The notes under the pieces: model-generated
The model's database searches: none
Seen by the model: only the letters and a program-made list of their open reading frames with translations
What the model was told of the DNA's origin: nothing
Program-made: the position numbers and the translations under genes
Assembly (NCBI GenBank): GCA_963806535.1
Contig: CAWDYC010000005.1
Span: forward strand, 128,001 to 192,000
Origin: Candidatus Bathyarchaeota archaeon
Lineage (GTDB): Archaea; Thermoproteota; Bathyarchaeia; Bathyarchaeales; Bathycorpusculaceae
Reading direction: 5' to 3'
Length of the DNA stretch: 64,000 bases
In this document: positions 62,818-64,000 of the stretch, piece after piece
How the letters are laid out: each line of letters opens with the position of its first letter
Numbering within the stretch: position 1 is the first letter of the stretch

Positions 62818-63879
62818 ATGGGCAGCGTTAAAGACCTCGAAATAATCAAAAAACCAACCCAGGAAACCATGGGTATTGGCCGATTCCACTTTTCAGACCG
62901 CTACAGCGTTTTTGACTGGGGCGAAATGCCCGACAAAATCGGAGCAAAAGGCGCAGCTCTTTGCCTTATGGGAGCTTATTGTTTTGAACAGTTAGAGCGT
63001 AAGGGTGTAAAGACTCATTATCAAGGTTTAGTTGGCGCAAATGGAAAGGTGGTGAGACTTGGGGCTTTAAAGCAGCCTGAAAGCGTTATGGAAGTCAATA
63101 TAGTTAATGTTTACAAGCCAAAGACAGGTGTAATTAACGGAAAAGTTGTCCATGATTACAGCCTGTACAAAAATAGCTTGAAGAACTGTTTGATTCCCCT
63201 TGAAATAATCTATAGAAACGGCTTGCCAGAAGGCTCGTCTGTTTTTAAGCGGCTTGAACAAGGAAAAATATCTTTCAAAGATTTAGGTTTAGATCACTAC
63301 CCTGAGCCAGGAGAACAGCTTGAAAAACCAATATTTGACGTTAGCACAAAACTTGAAGAAACAGACCGCTATGTCACGTGGCAAGAAGCACAGAAAATGG
63401 CTGGTTTAAACGACCAAGAACTAGCGGACATAACCAACGTTCTAGTTAAAGCAAATGAAACCATCACTGAAATGGCTTCAAAAGCAGGCCTAAAGAATGA
63501 AGATGGCAAAATAGAGTTAGCCTTCGACGAAAACAGGAAACTCATGGTGGTAGACGTTGTCGGAACCCTTGATGAATGCAGATTTACTTACGATGGAATG
63601 CATGTAAGCAAAGAAATTGCAAGGCAATTCTACAAAAAAACAGAGTGGTACATTGATTTGGAACAAGCCAAAAAAGAAGCTGAAGCCAAAGGCATACAGG
63701 ATTGGAAGTCACTGTGCAAATCGCAGCCTCCGAAATTAGACCCTAAACTTAAAACAATCATCAGTGAAATGTACATGGCAGCCGCAAATGAAATGACGGG
63801 TCACAAACTATTCAATGCGCCCTTGCTTGCGGACGTAATAGTCAAGTACAAAAATTACATGAAGGAACAACCATGTTAG
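62818..63879 (+). CDS. purC: SAICAR synthetase (archaeal long form)
   Basis: GSVKD, FSDRYSVFDWG, IPLEIIYRN, STKLE and DGKIE motifs. Confidence 0.92.
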   Translation: MGSVKDLEIIKKPTQETMGIGRFHFSDRYSVFDWGEMPDKIGAKGAALCLMGAYCFEQLERKGVKTHYQGLVGANGKVVRLGALKQPESVMEVNIVNVYKPKTGVINGKVVHDYSLYKNSLKNCLIPLEIIYRNGLPEGSSVFKRLEQGKISFKDLGLDHYPEPGEQLEKPIFDVSTKLEETDRYVTWQEAQKMAGLNDQELADITNVLVKANETITEMASKAGLKNEDGKIELAFDENRKLMVVDVVGTLDECRFTYDGMHVSKEIARQFYKKTEWYIDLEQAKKEAEAKGIQDWKSLCKSQPPKLDPKLKTIISEMYMAAANEMTGHKLFNAPLLADVIVKYKNYMKEQPC

Positions 63880-64000
63880 TCAAAGAAATTAAGCAAGTAA
63901 TAAAAAATTACAATGTCAAAGAGATTCGTATAGGCGTTTTAGGTTCGCATTCAGCACTTGAAATTGCTTCAGGCGCAAAACAGGAAGGTTATGAAACTGT
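63873..64000 (+). CDS. purP: PurP-family AICAR formate ligase (5' part only)
   Basis: MLVKEIKQVIKNYNVKEIRIGVLGSHSALEIASGAKQEGYET. Confidence 0.75.
   Translation, partial: MLVKEIKQVIKNYNVKEIRIGVLGSHSALEIASGAKQEGYET

Noticed and set aside
448-63261. Many 60-130 aa ORFs antisense to or nested in recognised genes
   Set aside because: They lack motifs and are fully overlapped by well-supported genes on the other strand or frame.

Overview
This is an archaeal chromosome segment, most likely Bathyarchaeia. That assignment is an inference from PEF-CTERM surface proteins, HdrBC/Mvh without mcr, PurP, LysW and frequent TTG/GTG starts. The assembly is indel-rich: about 15 genes are split by single-base frameshifts. 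Contents in order: (1) a tandem HTH-regulator / 'GWLPKEP' membrane-protein locus; (2) surface proteins; (3) a treT / treZ-GH57-treY-malQ trehalose-glycogen cluster; (4) a ~9 kb accessory zone downstream of tRNA-Cys(GCA), divided into small gene cassettes by same-orientation, progressively decayed copies of the tRNA 3' end with conserved flanks and no integrase; (5) a liv-paaK-iorAB-paaI arylacetate operon whose IorA carries an internal polyferredoxin insertion; (6) an orphan lysW, an RHH-RelE toxin-antitoxin pair, and ACT plus acyl-CoA synthetase-GNAT genes; (7) a full hoxEFUYH group 3d hydrogenase, then two surface-protein paralogues, then hdrCB-mvhGA and hycI; (8) purE-purC-purP. The best candidates for undescribed systems are the tRNA-Cys-anchored integron-like cassette array and the HTH/GWLPKEP membrane-tethered regulator module. 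Several genes appear to start at CTG.
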